Positions 19,629-29,496 are shown, counted from the stretch's first letter. The stretch is DNA of 64,000 nt from Ignavibacteriota bacterium (GCA_963801355.1 CAWDEM010000004.1:96001-160000), one strand, 5' to 3'. Translations and numbers: made by a program. Notes: a model not told the origin generated them from the sequence alone.

Positions 19629-20615
19629 ATGACACCCAAAGAACTGATGGACGGCATTCATGCCAAAGCGAAATCTTTGAAAAAGACAATCGTCCTCCCC
19701 GATGCTACGGACGAACGGGCGATCCAGGCCGCGCGCATTCTCGTGGACCAGCAACTGGTGACACCTGTTCTCGTCGGGGACCGGAAGGCCATTGAAGAGG
19801 GTTTCAGGAAGACCGGGACATCACCTGCCGGTATTACTATCGTGGAGCCATCCACATCCGAGCATCATGCAGACTTTTCAAAGAAGTTCCAGGAGTTGCG
19901 CAAAGCGAAGGGACTTGAGCTTGCGGAAGCACAGAAGCTGATGAGGCAGCCGCTCTATTTTGGCGCGATGATGGTGCGCGAAAATCTCGCGCAGGGTAGT
20001 GTGGCCGGTTCTCTGTCCACAACGGGTGACGTTCTCCGGGCGGCAATCCAGGTGATCGGCCTCGCCGACAAGATCACCATCGTTTCCAGCTTCTTCCTGA
20101 TGATTTTTCCGCAGAAGGTCTATTCGTTCGCCGATTGCGCCGTCGTTCCCGATCCTACTCCGGAACAGCTGGCAGATATCGGCATCTCGACTGCGGACAA
20201 TCACAAGCGCCTGACAGGTGAGGAAGCCCGTGTTGCCATGCTCTCATTCTCGTCAAAGGGGAGTGCCAGTCATCCATTGGTGGAAAAAGTCCAGCAGGCC
20301 ACACAGATATTCCGGTCGAAGCGCCCCGACATCATCATGGACGGCGAGGTACAGCTGGATACGGCCATCGTACCGAAAGTCGCGGCATCCAAGGCACCGG
20401 GCAGTGCTCTGGCCGGACAGGCAAATGTTCTGATCTTCCCAGACTTAAACGCGGGGAACATCGGGTACAAGCTTGCACAACGTCTTGCGGGGGCGGAAGC
20501 GGTTGGTCCGGTGGTGCAGGGATTGCGCAAACCCGCATTTGATCTTTCGCGCGGATGCAGCGTCAGCGATATCGTCAACGTCGCTGCCATCAATGCGGTT
20601 GTTGGGGCGGCGTAG
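19629..20615 (+). CDS. pta: Phosphate acetyltransferase (PTA_PTB family)
   Basis: [47 protein letters not shown]. Confidence 0.93.
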   Translation: MTPKELMDGIHAKAKSLKKTIVLPDATDERAIQAARILVDQQLVTPVLVGDRKAIEEGFRKTGTSPAGITIVEPSTSEHHADFSKKFQELRKAKGLELAEAQKLMRQPLYFGAMMVRENLAQGSVAGSLSTTGDVLRAAIQVIGLADKITIVSSFFLMIFPQKVYSFADCAVVPDPTPEQLADIGISTADNHKRLTGEEARVAMLSFSSKGSASHPLVEKVQQATQIFRSKRPDIIMDGEVQLDTAIVPKVAASKAPGSALAGQANVLIFPDLNAGNIGYKLAQRLAGAEAVGPVVQGLRKPAFDLSRGCSVSDIVNVAAINAVVGAA

Positions 20616-20626
20616 CGTCCTCCCGT

Positions 20627-20653
20627 CCGGATGGGCCCATCGGGCCCATCCGG
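20627..20653. terminator. Perfect 12-bp inverted repeat between convergent genes
   Basis: CCGGATGGGCCC-atc-GGGCCCATCCGG; no U-tract. Confidence 0.55.
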
Positions 20654-20675
20654 CTAAATCGCCCCGGTGACATGC

Positions 20676-21506
20676 CTACCCCCGCCTCGCCACAACGCTC
20701 CATAGCCACGACACTCCCATCACCACTGACGCCACCGCAACGATTGCGGGGGATGCCGGAACATCAAACACGAACGCGAGAAACAGACCCGCGATGGGTG
20801 CCAGCGCACCGATCACCACAGACAGGACAAAGATTGCCTTCACGTTGCGCGTGAGCAGCATTGCGGTCACCGGCGGTATCACGAGGAAACCAAATACAAA
20901 GAGATCCCCCACCATGTGTGTCGCAAAGGCAATCACCACTGCCGCAATAAGGTAAAACGCCAGATTCCATCCCGCCGCATTGAACCCCTGTGTTTGCGCC
21001 GTCTCCGGATCAAAGGAGGTGTAGGTGAACTCCTTGAAGAAGATCAGATGGAGTGCCATGGCCACCACGAACGCGGCCACCATCAGCTCAAACAACCCCG
21101 GAGTCACAAACAGGATATCCCCCCGGAGCAGATTCTCGATTTCCGAGACTTCCACCCGCTGCGCCTTCTGCATGATAAGAATCCGTGCTGCAACAGAGGT
21201 AATAAACACAACACCCAGCACGCCATCGCGCGGGATCTTCTTACCCGTCAGCATCCGTGAAATGATCACCACGGTCAGCAACGTAATGCCCAGTGAACCG
21301 ATCGTGTGGGGAACGGGGAAGAAAGGGAGAAACGTAAGCGCAAGTCCCATCACCGACACCTGCGTCAGCACTGCGCCGAGAAATACCACCCTGCGGGCGA
21401 CAATGTAGACACCGAGAAATGCGCACACGATCCCCACCAGAATGCTGCCATAGAGCGCGAGGGGAAATTCCTGGACTATGGTCCGGAGGATATCAGCGGT
21501 TCCCAT
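20676..21506 (-). CDS. Zn/Mn-type metal ABC transporter permease (ABC-3)
   Basis: LGVYIVARRVVFLG, LLRGDIL, SFDPETAQTQG, IPPVTA. Confidence 0.9.
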   Translation of the reverse strand: MGTADILRTIVQEFPLALYGSILVGIVCAFLGVYIVARRVVFLGAVLTQVSVMGLALTFLPFFPVPHTIGSLGITLLTVVIISRMLTGKKIPRDGVLGVVFITSVAARILIMQKAQRVEVSEIENLLRGDILFVTPGLFELMVAAFVVAMALHLIFFKEFTYTSFDPETAQTQGFNAAGWNLAFYLIAAVVIAFATHMVGDLFVFGFLVIPPVTAMLLTRNVKAIFVLSVVIGALAPIAGLFLAFVFDVPASPAIVAVASVVMGVSWLWSVVARRG

Positions 21507-22263
21507 TTCCGCCTCCGGCAATGATGATCGTGCGTCCATGTGAGCGTTGGACTTCAACCGGCATGTCGTAGATCGCCGAGAGGTTTTCTCCTGTCAATAC
21601 TTCGTCCACGGTTCCAACCGAGAAGACCTTATATTCAACCACCGCAAGTCTTTGCACGTGATTTGCCACATCATCAAGGAGATGACTGACCAGCAGCACG
21701 GTGAGTGATCCCTGACGATGGAGCTCACGGATCAGATCGAGAATCGCAATGCGCGACGCAAGATCCATGCCGTTGGTGGGTTCGTCGAGCACAAGTACAT
21801 CGGGAGTGGAGGCCAGTGCACGAGCTATCAGCGCGCGCTGTTTCTGTCCTCCCGACAGGTCCTTGAACGGCCGGTCGGCCATCTCCTCCATGCCGACGTG
21901 ACCGAGGCTCTGTGCCACCGCTTCCCGGTCCGCTGCGCCCGGCCTCCTGAAATAGCCCAGTTGCCTGTAGCGCCCCATCATCACCACCTCACGCGCGGTA
22001 TACGGAAGAACATAATCCACCGTGTCCCGTTGAGGAACATAGCCGAATCGTATCGGCCGGCCATCCGGACGCCGAACGCTGACAGTTCCTGACTGTGGTC
22101 GAAGGGTTCCGAGAATCGCCCGCACGATTGTTGTTTTTCCTGCGCCGTTGGGACCTACGAGGCCGAAGTATTCTCCAGCCTCCACTCTAAAGGTGATGTC
22201 ACGGAGGATCACGTGGTCTCCGTATCCCAATGTGACGTTCGTAAACGCAATCAGAGGTTCCAT
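21493..22263 (-). CDS. Zn/Mn-type metal ABC transporter ATPase
   Basis: GPNGAGKT, GYVPQ, LSGGQKQR, LDEPT. Confidence 0.92.
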   Translation of the reverse strand: MEPLIAFTNVTLGYGDHVILRDITFRVEAGEYFGLVGPNGAGKTTIVRAILGTLRPQSGTVSVRRPDGRPIRFGYVPQRDTVDYVLPYTAREVVMMGRYRQLGYFRRPGAADREAVAQSLGHVGMEEMADRPFKDLSGGQKQRALIARALASTPDVLVLDEPTNGMDLASRIAILDLIRELHRQGSLTVLLVSHLLDDVANHVQRLAVVEYKVFSVGTVDEVLTGENLSAIYDMPVEVQRSHGRTIIIAGGGNGNR

Positions 22264-22282
22264 GGCCCTGGTGGAGTAGTTG

Positions 22283-23161
22283 CTATTTGAGGACTGATGC
22301 AAGTGTTGAGACATCATAGTCAATCAGACCTATATAGTCACGCACCTGTTCCACACCTCCTGACGACGTCGGCAGTACAACAACCTTCGCTCCTGTGGCC
22401 CTCGCAATCTGTTCAGGAGCCGATAGATCGTAGAATGGCTCGACGACGATCGCCTTGATGCCGGCCGAGCGAACGAGCGCAATCAACTCCGCAGAATGGC
22501 TCGGGCTCGGAGCAATGCCCGGCTTGGGTTCAACCTCGCCCACAACCTCCAACCCAAGCCACTTCGCAAAGTACGACCAGCTTTTATGGAACGTGACAAT
22601 TTTCCGTCCCGCAAACGGTTTCATCAACGCTTCCCAACTCTGGATCCGTCCTGCGAGTTTCTGCACATACGCATCGGCGTTTGCCCTGAATATTTTTCCG
22701 TCGGCCGGTGAGACTCTTATCAACGCGTTCACGATTTCATCCATAATCGCACGAACATTCCTCGGATCCAGCCAGTAGTGCGGATTGCCGTACCGGTGGA
22801 CATCGCCCTGACTTGCGTCGACGTTTGCCGGGACCTCGATTTTCGTAACTCCCCGTGAAAGATCCACCACAATGAGTGACGCGTTTCGGGAGCCGTCCAC
22901 TATTTGCGGGGCCCACATTTCGAGTTCCATCCCGATTGTCAGAAAGAGATCGGCCGACTTCAGCTTCATCATATAGCTGGGTTTTACTTCCACAAAATGT
23001 GGATTCTGATCCGCGCGCACGATGGATTCCACGCTTACTTTGTCGCCTCCCACCTGCCGCGCCAGATCGGCGAGATCGGGCAACGACGTGACGACCTTGA
23101 TTGCCGCTTCCGAAATTCCGGCCATCGCCAGTACCATCAATGCAGTGATGATCATCTTCAT
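22283..23161 (-). CDS. Cluster A-I (ZnuA/TroA-like) metal-binding protein
   Basis: Signal peptide; NPHFVE, GDVH..GNPHYWLDP, TFHKSW, EPKPGIAPSPSH. Confidence 0.92.
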   Translation of the reverse strand: MKMIITALMVLAMAGISEAAIKVVTSLPDLADLARQVGGDKVSVESIVRADQNPHFVEVKPSYMMKLKSADLFLTIGMELEMWAPQIVDGSRNASLIVVDLSRGVTKIEVPANVDASQGDVHRYGNPHYWLDPRNVRAIMDEIVNALIRVSPADGKIFRANADAYVQKLAGRIQSWEALMKPFAGRKIVTFHKSWSYFAKWLGLEVVGEVEPKPGIAPSPSHSAELIALVRSAGIKAIVVEPFYDLSAPEQIARATGAKVVVLPTSSGGVEQVRDYIGLIDYDVSTLASVLK

Positions 23162-23210
23162 GTCATGTTCTCCTTGTGTGACCTTCTATTCCGATCCTGG
23201 ATCCAGCAAC

Positions 23211-23291
23211 AGGCACCAAACATTCCTGCCTCGTGCCTTGTGCCCAGTGCCTCGGGCCTCGTGCCCACCCAGTGCCTCGTGCCCAGTGCCT
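23211..23291. repeat. Heptamer array (NGTGCCY, about 9 units) inside the metal-uptake operon
   Basis: cctgcct cgtgcct tgtgccc agtgcct cgggcct cgtgccc accc agtgcct cgtgccc agtgcct. Confidence 0.88.
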
Positions 23292-23327
23292 CCTAACTCA
23301 TTTCCCCAAAAACCCAGGCCCCCTTTG

Positions 23328-24425
23328 TTAGAACGGATGCGCCTTATGCGGTCCGAGCGAAAACAGAATCTGCAAATCAATGCTGTTCACGCTCCGGCTT
23401 GCTCCCGGCACTTCCACTGTCGTGCGCCCATACTGCAGGCGCAGGCCGAGCGTTTCTTCAACCGGATAGTATCCGGCAAAGACCGCGAAGCCGCTCGCGC
23501 GGTCATCGGTACTGTAAGGCGTCTCTGACCAATCGATCCGTGCCCCGATGCTGTAGGTCTTGAGAAATTGATAGTCAGCGTAGAGATAGTATCCGGAACT
23601 TGACAACGTCGATTCCTCCGGGAGATGGAGGGCCCGCGTATTCACGAGATACTCCCCCTGTACTACGAGCGATGTGTATGCACTAGGGCGATACTTGTAT
23701 TTGAAATCCAGGTTTCCATACCAGAAGCGGTCACGGTTGTACGGATCGTGGATGCCCGTGTAGCCGCTCAATCCAATCTCCAGATCGCTGAAGTCACTCA
23801 TTGTAAAGAAACTTGAGAGCCGCGCAGAGTTCGCGTAGTACGGTGTCCCGCCTGTGCTGTCCACCATGCCGGTTGCACCCCCGATTGCCGTTCCCCTGAG
23901 GAGGTCGACGGTCAGTTTGGTGTAGACCTCTCCGGTCGGCAACAGCACGCTCGCACTGATCCCGAGATCATTCAACGATTCACCAAGAAACCGTTCCTGC
24001 ATGAGAGGAGCTGTAATGAAGGGCCAGGCATGCGGATGGGTCATGTTGAGCTTGCCGAATTCTGCGCGGTACTTCCCGACCCGGAGGTTCATATCGAGAG
24101 GGAGGCCACGCAGCACAGTCGCGTAGACTTCTTCTATTCCCAGCTTGCTGTTCTCAAGATCGGGCCCGGGCAGGGTAAGCACGACATCGGCCTTTGAAAA
24201 TGGATTCAGGTAGGCCTGCAGGGCAAGTTCAAGTTCTTCAAACGAGAAATCGGGTCTGCTGAATTCGCGGCTTCCTCCGTCGAGTTTCTGCCCATCGTCA
24301 GAATGGACGAGGAACCGCGGAATGACGCTGATATCGGGATTGACGGTGGTTTGGGCGACGGCTGCAACCGGAACACCGATCAACAGGCCGGAAAAGATCA
24401 ACAGGAAATGCGTGGAACACGGCAT
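23328..24425 (-). CDS. Outer-membrane beta-barrel (metal-uptake-associated porin-like protein)
   Basis: Signal peptide; NPDISVI, IEEVY, FGKLNMTHPHAWPF; amphipathic beta pattern; His-containing C-terminus GPHKAHPF; SD GGAGG upstream. Confidence 0.75.
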   Translation of the reverse strand: MPCSTHFLLIFSGLLIGVPVAAVAQTTVNPDISVIPRFLVHSDDGQKLDGGSREFSRPDFSFEELELALQAYLNPFSKADVVLTLPGPDLENSKLGIEEVYATVLRGLPLDMNLRVGKYRAEFGKLNMTHPHAWPFITAPLMQERFLGESLNDLGISASVLLPTGEVYTKLTVDLLRGTAIGGATGMVDSTGGTPYYANSARLSSFFTMSDFSDLEIGLSGYTGIHDPYNRDRFWYGNLDFKYKYRPSAYTSLVVQGEYLVNTRALHLPEESTLSSSGYYLYADYQFLKTYSIGARIDWSETPYSTDDRASGFAVFAGYYPVEETLGLRLQYGRTTVEVPGASRSVNSIDLQILFSLGPHKAHPF

Positions 24426-24466
24426 AGTGCCCTCCAAAATCTTTCACACTGGATGGTTGCGATCGT

Positions 24467-24850
24467 TCAGACGACCGCAGGAGGGCCGCGCTTTTCAGGT
24501 AAGAGGTGATTGCCCGAGGATACCGGGGGAATAGTAAGAGTGCAGAATTCCGCGGAATCATCGTGGACCGCGGAAATATCAACGGATTCAACAGGCGCAC
24601 TGAATCGCTGATGCAACTGCCAGCAAAGAACGCACGGACGGATGTTATCCAGCGGAATGTGATGCTCCTGATCGCCGCATTCATGAGCTGCCAGGGCGGG
24701 GTCAGCGACGAGGCGGAGGGCAATCGCGTGTGTGTGTCCGAAGACACCAAGACCTCCGGCAAGCTGGGTGGCTAGCAAGAAGATGCCAATGCCGCGACGG
24801 AGTACGTCCGCGCCGTGCCGAGTTCCGCTATGATGGGTTCGTTTGAGCAT
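24467..24850 (-). CDS. DUF2946/CruR-like leader protein (TM, HTH tripeptide/His cluster, CxxC, C-terminal RGPP)
   Basis: GIGIFLLATQLAGGLGVF-GHTH...HEC..EHH...CVLC...EKRGPPAVV-stop, 41 nt upstream of porin ATG. Confidence 0.78.
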   Translation of the reverse strand: MLKRTHHSGTRHGADVLRRGIGIFLLATQLAGGLGVFGHTHAIALRLVADPALAAHECGDQEHHIPLDNIRPCVLCWQLHQRFSAPVESVDISAVHDDSAEFCTLTIPPVSSGNHLLPEKRGPPAVV

Positions 24851-24896
24851 TGCTCACACAAGAACAGCAAGAAGGCTCAAGAGATTCCCGGCCGAC

Positions 24897-26063
24897 TCAT
24901 TCTCCTGCCGGCCGACTGATGACTCCCAGTACCACAGGTTTTCGCGCGCCTGTTACGCGGGGAAGATTTGCGCAATTCCCGTGCACGGTCTCGTTCGCCA
25001 GAATGGCAAAGCAGATCGCTTCCTTCGCGTCACCGGACAACCCGTAGTCATCCACCGGCTTCACCACTGCGCCGGCAAACAAGCGCTGCAGTTCTTCAAG
25101 AAAAAATCTGTTCCGTGCCCCTCCGCCGCTCACGATAAGTTCATCGACCTGCGCGGAGCGGGGAATGAACCGGCGGTACGCGTCATGGACGGCAAAGGGA
25201 GTGATCGCGGAGACCGTCCGGATGATATCAGCGTGCTTTTCTCCCTTCGCGGCGTGAAGGATCCGGCTGACCATTTCTTCTCCGAATTCTTCGCGCCCGG
25301 TGGACTTCGGCGGACGGCGGCGTAAGTAGGGATGCTGCGCAAGCAGGCGGAAGAGCCCGGGGATGACCTGTCCGCGTGCAGCAACGGCTCCATCGGCGTC
25401 ATATTTCCGTCCGTAGAACCGCTGCATGAGCGCATCCACCAGCATATTGCCGGGACCGGTATCGAAGGCGATGACGTCAGCGGACGTGCATCCCCGCGGC
25501 AGGAGCGTGATGTTGCCGATGCCGCCGATATTCAGAAGAAGACGGCACTTGCTCCGCGACCGGAATATCAGCCAGTCGAAGTACGGCACCAGCGGCGCCC
25601 CCTCTCCCCCCACCGCCATGTCCGCGTTCCGGAAATTCCCCACCGTAGGAATCCCCGTCAACGTCGCTATCACCGAAGGATCACCGACCTGAAGTGTCGC
25701 CCGGACAGTTTTTCCGAACATTTTCACCGGATGCGGAAGGTGATGCAGGGTCTGGCCATGTGAGCCAATGAGGGATATCTCGCGGAGGGCAACGCGGGCT
25801 TTCTTTGCCAGAACGGCCACCGCATCAGCGTAGAATTGCCCAAACAGCACATTCAGTCTTGTTATCTCATCCACCTGGCTTGTTTCCGGAACAGAGTTCC
25901 TGAGCACAAGCTCTCGCAACCCTTTGGGAAACGGCAGTTCAACATACATCAGCTGGCGGAACTTTGTACGGAGCCCTGCCCCCTGCACCCTCAGCAGAAC
26001 TGCATCAATACCGTCCAGCGACGTACCTGACATCAGCCCGATGACCAGCCGCGATTGGGACAT
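24897..26063 (-). CDS. anmK: Anhydro-N-acetylmuramic acid kinase
   Basis: GLMSGTSLDGID, GSHGQT, GGEGAPL, NIGGIGN, FDTGPGN, PKSTGRE. Confidence 0.96.
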   Translation of the reverse strand: MSQSRLVIGLMSGTSLDGIDAVLLRVQGAGLRTKFRQLMYVELPFPKGLRELVLRNSVPETSQVDEITRLNVLFGQFYADAVAVLAKKARVALREISLIGSHGQTLHHLPHPVKMFGKTVRATLQVGDPSVIATLTGIPTVGNFRNADMAVGGEGAPLVPYFDWLIFRSRSKCRLLLNIGGIGNITLLPRGCTSADVIAFDTGPGNMLVDALMQRFYGRKYDADGAVAARGQVIPGLFRLLAQHPYLRRRPPKSTGREEFGEEMVSRILHAAKGEKHADIIRTVSAITPFAVHDAYRRFIPRSAQVDELIVSGGGARNRFFLEELQRLFAGAVVKPVDDYGLSGDAKEAICFAILANETVHGNCANLPRVTGARKPVVLGVISRPAGE

Positions 26064-26090
26064 TATTCGCACTCTTCGTATCTTGGAGAT

Positions 26091-26957
26091 ATGAGTCCGC
26101 CACTATTGCTTGGCACACATGTGTCTGTTGCCGGTGGGATGCACACCGCCTTCGACCGTGCAACGCAGATCGGCTGCACGACCATGCAGGTGTTCGTTAA
26201 GAACGCCAGTCAGTGGAAGGCTAAACCGCTGGGCAGCAGCGACATTGAAAGCTACAAAACTGCACGTGCGCGTGCAACTGTTTCCCCTGTCGTCGCACAT
26301 GCGGCATATCTCATCAATCTCTGCGCCGTGCAACCGGAAACGTTAAGACGGTCATGTGATGCTTTCGAAGATGAGCTCCGGCGTTGCGAAGCTCTGGAGA
26401 TTATGGGGCTGATCGTTCACCCCGGCGCTCACCTTGGTGCCGGAGAAGCCGCGGGTCTCCAACGCATCGCCGAATCGCTGAACGACATTCATGCCCGCAC
26501 ACCCGGTTTCCGGACCCTGACGCTGCTTGAGACTACGGCCGGTCAGGGTACATCGCTCGGATCGACATTCGCCCAACTGCGCCGGATCATCGATGGGACC
26601 GCGGATCCAGCGAGAATCGCGATCTGTATGGATACCTGCCATGTCTTTGCCGCCGGTTATGATATCCGGACGGCGCACGGATGGAAATCGCTGCTTGAGG
26701 ACTTCAACAGGGAACTCGGTCTTGACCGCCTCAAGGTTATTCATGTCAACGATTCCAAAAAGGATATGGGATCGCACGTAGACCGGCACGAGCATATCGG
26801 CCTCGGGCGCATCGGTCTGGAGGGATTCAGATTTCTCATGAATGACCCGCGCCTTGCGGGCATTCCCCTGATCCTGGAAACGGAGAAAAGCGACGATATG
26901 CATGAGGACCGTGAAAATATGGAGCGCTTGCGCTCTCTCATTGGGAAGCGAGCGTAA
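26091..26957 (+). CDS. nfo: Endonuclease IV
   Basis: HAAYLIN, HPG, ETTAGQG, DTCHVFAAGYD, HVNDSK, DRHEHIG. Confidence 0.96.
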   Translation: MSPPLLLGTHVSVAGGMHTAFDRATQIGCTTMQVFVKNASQWKAKPLGSSDIESYKTARARATVSPVVAHAAYLINLCAVQPETLRRSCDAFEDELRRCEALEIMGLIVHPGAHLGAGEAAGLQRIAESLNDIHARTPGFRTLTLLETTAGQGTSLGSTFAQLRRIIDGTADPARIAICMDTCHVFAAGYDIRTAHGWKSLLEDFNRELGLDRLKVIHVNDSKKDMGSHVDRHEHIGLGRIGLEGFRFLMNDPRLAGIPLILETEKSDDMHEDRENMERLRSLIGKRA

Positions 26958-27024
26958 ATGTCCGACCACCATCCGGCCCGTTGACCGGGGCCATCATGTT
27001 GCACATCTCGTCTGGATTCTGACT

Positions 27025-29484
27025 ATGCACCGATTCTCCTGGCTTCTGCTCGCAGGCTTCTGCGCCTCTACACTCCATGCCCAGGAACTTTTCCCCACGC
27101 ATGGCTCCGGAGAGGCGCGCAGCCGCTCATACGATGTGCTCCATTACAGGATCGAAGTCTCGTTCGACGAGTCCCGGCGTATGGTCACCGGCAAGGTGAG
27201 CACTACGCTGGTGCCGTTTCTGCCGGCGTTGCGCAATGTACAGTTTGATGCGGAGGAGATGAACGTCCGGAACGTTGCTCTGCGCAACGGGGTGACACTC
27301 GCCTACACCATGGGTGACAAGACCCTGGACATCACGCTGGACCGTGCCTATTCCTACCGCGACACCCTCACCGTTGTCACCGAGTATTCCTGCACGCCAC
27401 GCCGCGGTCTCTTCTTCGTCCAGCCGGACTCGGCATATCCCTCCACTCCCCGACAGATCTGGACGCAGGGAGAGGATATGGACAACCACTTCTGGTTTCC
27501 GTGCTATGACTTTCCCAACGACCGTGCCACCACCGAGGTCCTTGCCACCGTCCGCTCCCCGTTAACGGTTCTTTCCAACGGCAGACTCGTGAACATCACA
27601 GACAACCGGAAGGACGGAACCAGAACGTTTCACTGGAAGCTCTCGAAGCCTCACGTTTCCTATCTGGTCATGCTCGCAATCGGCGACTACGAGATTCTCA
27701 AGGATACCGCCGGAACGGTGCCCCTGCAGTACTACGTGTACCCGCACCAGGTGGAGGATGCGCGGATCTGTTTTCAATCGACTCCCGACGTGATGCGCTT
27801 TTTCAGCACAACCATCGGTTATGCGTACCCCTGGGAGAAGTATGCCCAGGTGCTCATCCGCGACTTTACCGCCGGCGGCATGGAGAATACCAGCGCGTGT
27901 AGTTTGCTCGATCACGCTACTGTCTTTGACGTGCGGCAGCGTGTGGACCATTCCCCCGTGAGCCTCATTGCGCACGAACTTGCGCATCAATGGTGGGGCG
28001 ATCTTGTGACGTGCAAGGACTGGCGGCATCTCTGGCTGAATGAGAGCTTCGCCACCTACTTCGATGCGCTGTATCAGGAATACCGTCTGGGCCGCGAAGA
28101 ATTCGACCATATCATGTACGAGGCCCAACTGGCCGGCATTAACAGCGACAAGACCTCCGGGCGCAAGCCGATCGTCAGCGCCGGCTCGTACGGCACAAAC
28201 CTGTATCCCCGAGGCGCATCGGTGCTGCACATGCTCCGGTTCGTTCTCGGCGACTCGCTCTTCTTCCGCTCTCTGACATATTACATTAAGAAGCACCAGT
28301 ACGACGTCGTCGAAACGAATGACCTGAAGGTCGCCATCGAAGAAATCACAGGCCAGAATCTCTACTGGTTTTTTGACCAATGGGTGTACAAGGCCGGGTA
28401 CCCGGTGTTCTCAGTCAGCTCCGTGTGGGATGATTCCGCACAATGCGTCCACCTCCACGTGGCGCAGGTGCAGAAGCTGGACAGTCTCACGGGGATCTTC
28501 CGCACGCCGGTGGATATCGAAATCACCGCCGGATCGCTCAGTGTCGTGCACCATCTGGAAATCACAAACGCTGATACTGTTTTCGTTCTGCCAGCCGCGG
28601 AACGACCACGCCGGGTGATTTTCGACAAGGGTAACTGGCTGCTCAAGGAGCTGCAAATCGAAAAACCGGACGAGGAATGGCAGCAGCAGGCCGGAGAGGC
28701 GGGCAATTCCATCGACAGGCTGCGTGCGGTGAAGCAGATGGGCCTGTCGCCGCGCAGTGAACGATACATCCCAGCGCTGGTTGATCGCGTCCTGCATGAT
28801 CCCTTCTGGGCTGTCCGGCGCGAGGCAGTGAACATGCTCGCCATGATCGCCGACCAGCACGATACGTCCTGGACGGCTGTGAAGGCCGCGCTGGTCACCG
28901 CGGCCCGCGATAGCAAGCCGAGTGTCCGCTCCGCGGCAATTGCGCTCCTGACCGACTCGGCGGATACGATCACCCGGGAGACTCTCGTCGCTGCGCTGCA
29001 GGATTCCAGTTATACGGTGGTTGCCCACGCACTGCGCTCACTGGCCAGGGCTGATCCGCGGGGCTGCCGGGAAATCCTTGCCACCCATCTCGCCATGCCG
29101 TCACATCAGGAAATCATTGCGACAGCGGCACTGGATGCGCTTTCGCATGCCGATTCGCTTTCGGGCATCGCCGCCGCAACAGCATGCCTCGCGTACGGTA
29201 CACCGCCGCAGTTGCGGTCTACTGCGCTCTGGATTCTCCAGCGGTTCATCAGGAGCGGGACCGTGCCCGACTCCCTGCTCTATCCTCTGACGCAGGACAG
29301 GAACACAGGTCTCCGGACAGCCGCCGTGCGCATGCTGGGGAATCTCGGCTCTGTGCGGGCGGTGCCGCTCCTGGAGGCCGTGGCGGCCGACCGGGCCAAT
29401 CCGTCCGCCGAGACAGCGGCAAAGAGTATTGAACAAATCAAAAAGCGGATGGAAACAGAGGGCACACTCTCGCACACTGACTAA
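27025..29484 (+). CDS. Exported M1 family aminopeptidase with C-terminal HEAT repeats
   Basis: Signal peptide; GGMEN, HELAHQWWG...WLNESFA, YPRGA; HEAT-like repeats. Confidence 0.92.
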   Translation: MHRFSWLLLAGFCASTLHAQELFPTHGSGEARSRSYDVLHYRIEVSFDESRRMVTGKVSTTLVPFLPALRNVQFDAEEMNVRNVALRNGVTLAYTMGDKTLDITLDRAYSYRDTLTVVTEYSCTPRRGLFFVQPDSAYPSTPRQIWTQGEDMDNHFWFPCYDFPNDRATTEVLATVRSPLTVLSNGRLVNITDNRKDGTRTFHWKLSKPHVSYLVMLAIGDYEILKDTAGTVPLQYYVYPHQVEDARICFQSTPDVMRFFSTTIGYAYPWEKYAQVLIRDFTAGGMENTSACSLLDHATVFDVRQRVDHSPVSLIAHELAHQWWGDLVTCKDWRHLWLNESFATYFDALYQEYRLGREEFDHIMYEAQLAGINSDKTSGRKPIVSAGSYGTNLYPRGASVLHMLRFVLGDSLFFRSLTYYIKKHQYDVVETNDLKVAIEEITGQNLYWFFDQWVYKAGYPVFSVSSVWDDSAQCVHLHVAQVQKLDSLTGIFRTPVDIEITAGSLSVVHHLEITNADTVFVLPAAERPRRVIFDKGNWLLKELQIEKPDEEWQQQAGEAGNSIDRLRAVKQMGLSPRSERYIPALVDRVLHDPFWAVRREAVNMLAMIADQHDTSWTAVKAALVTAARDSKPSVRSAAIALLTDSADTITRETLVAALQDSSYTVVAHALRSLARADPRGCREILATHLAMPSHQEIIATAALDALSHADSLSGIAAATACLAYGTPPQLRSTALWILQRFIRSGTVPDSLLYPLTQDRNTGLRTAAVRMLGNLGSVRAVPLLEAVAADRANPSAETAAKSIEQIKKRMETEGTLSHTD

Positions 29485-29496
29485 GGTCATGTTCAT

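Noticed and set aside
19629-20615. pta as microcompartment cargo
   Set aside because: 15 kb from the shell genes, housekeeping PTA_PTB type rather than PduL, no evident encapsulation peptide
23022-23528. ORFs reading through repeats (CPVPRASC-type peptides; also 12086-12370, 35613-36008 and the 19500 extension of pta)
   Set aside because: Translations of heptamer arrays that overlap real genes, with no independent coding signal
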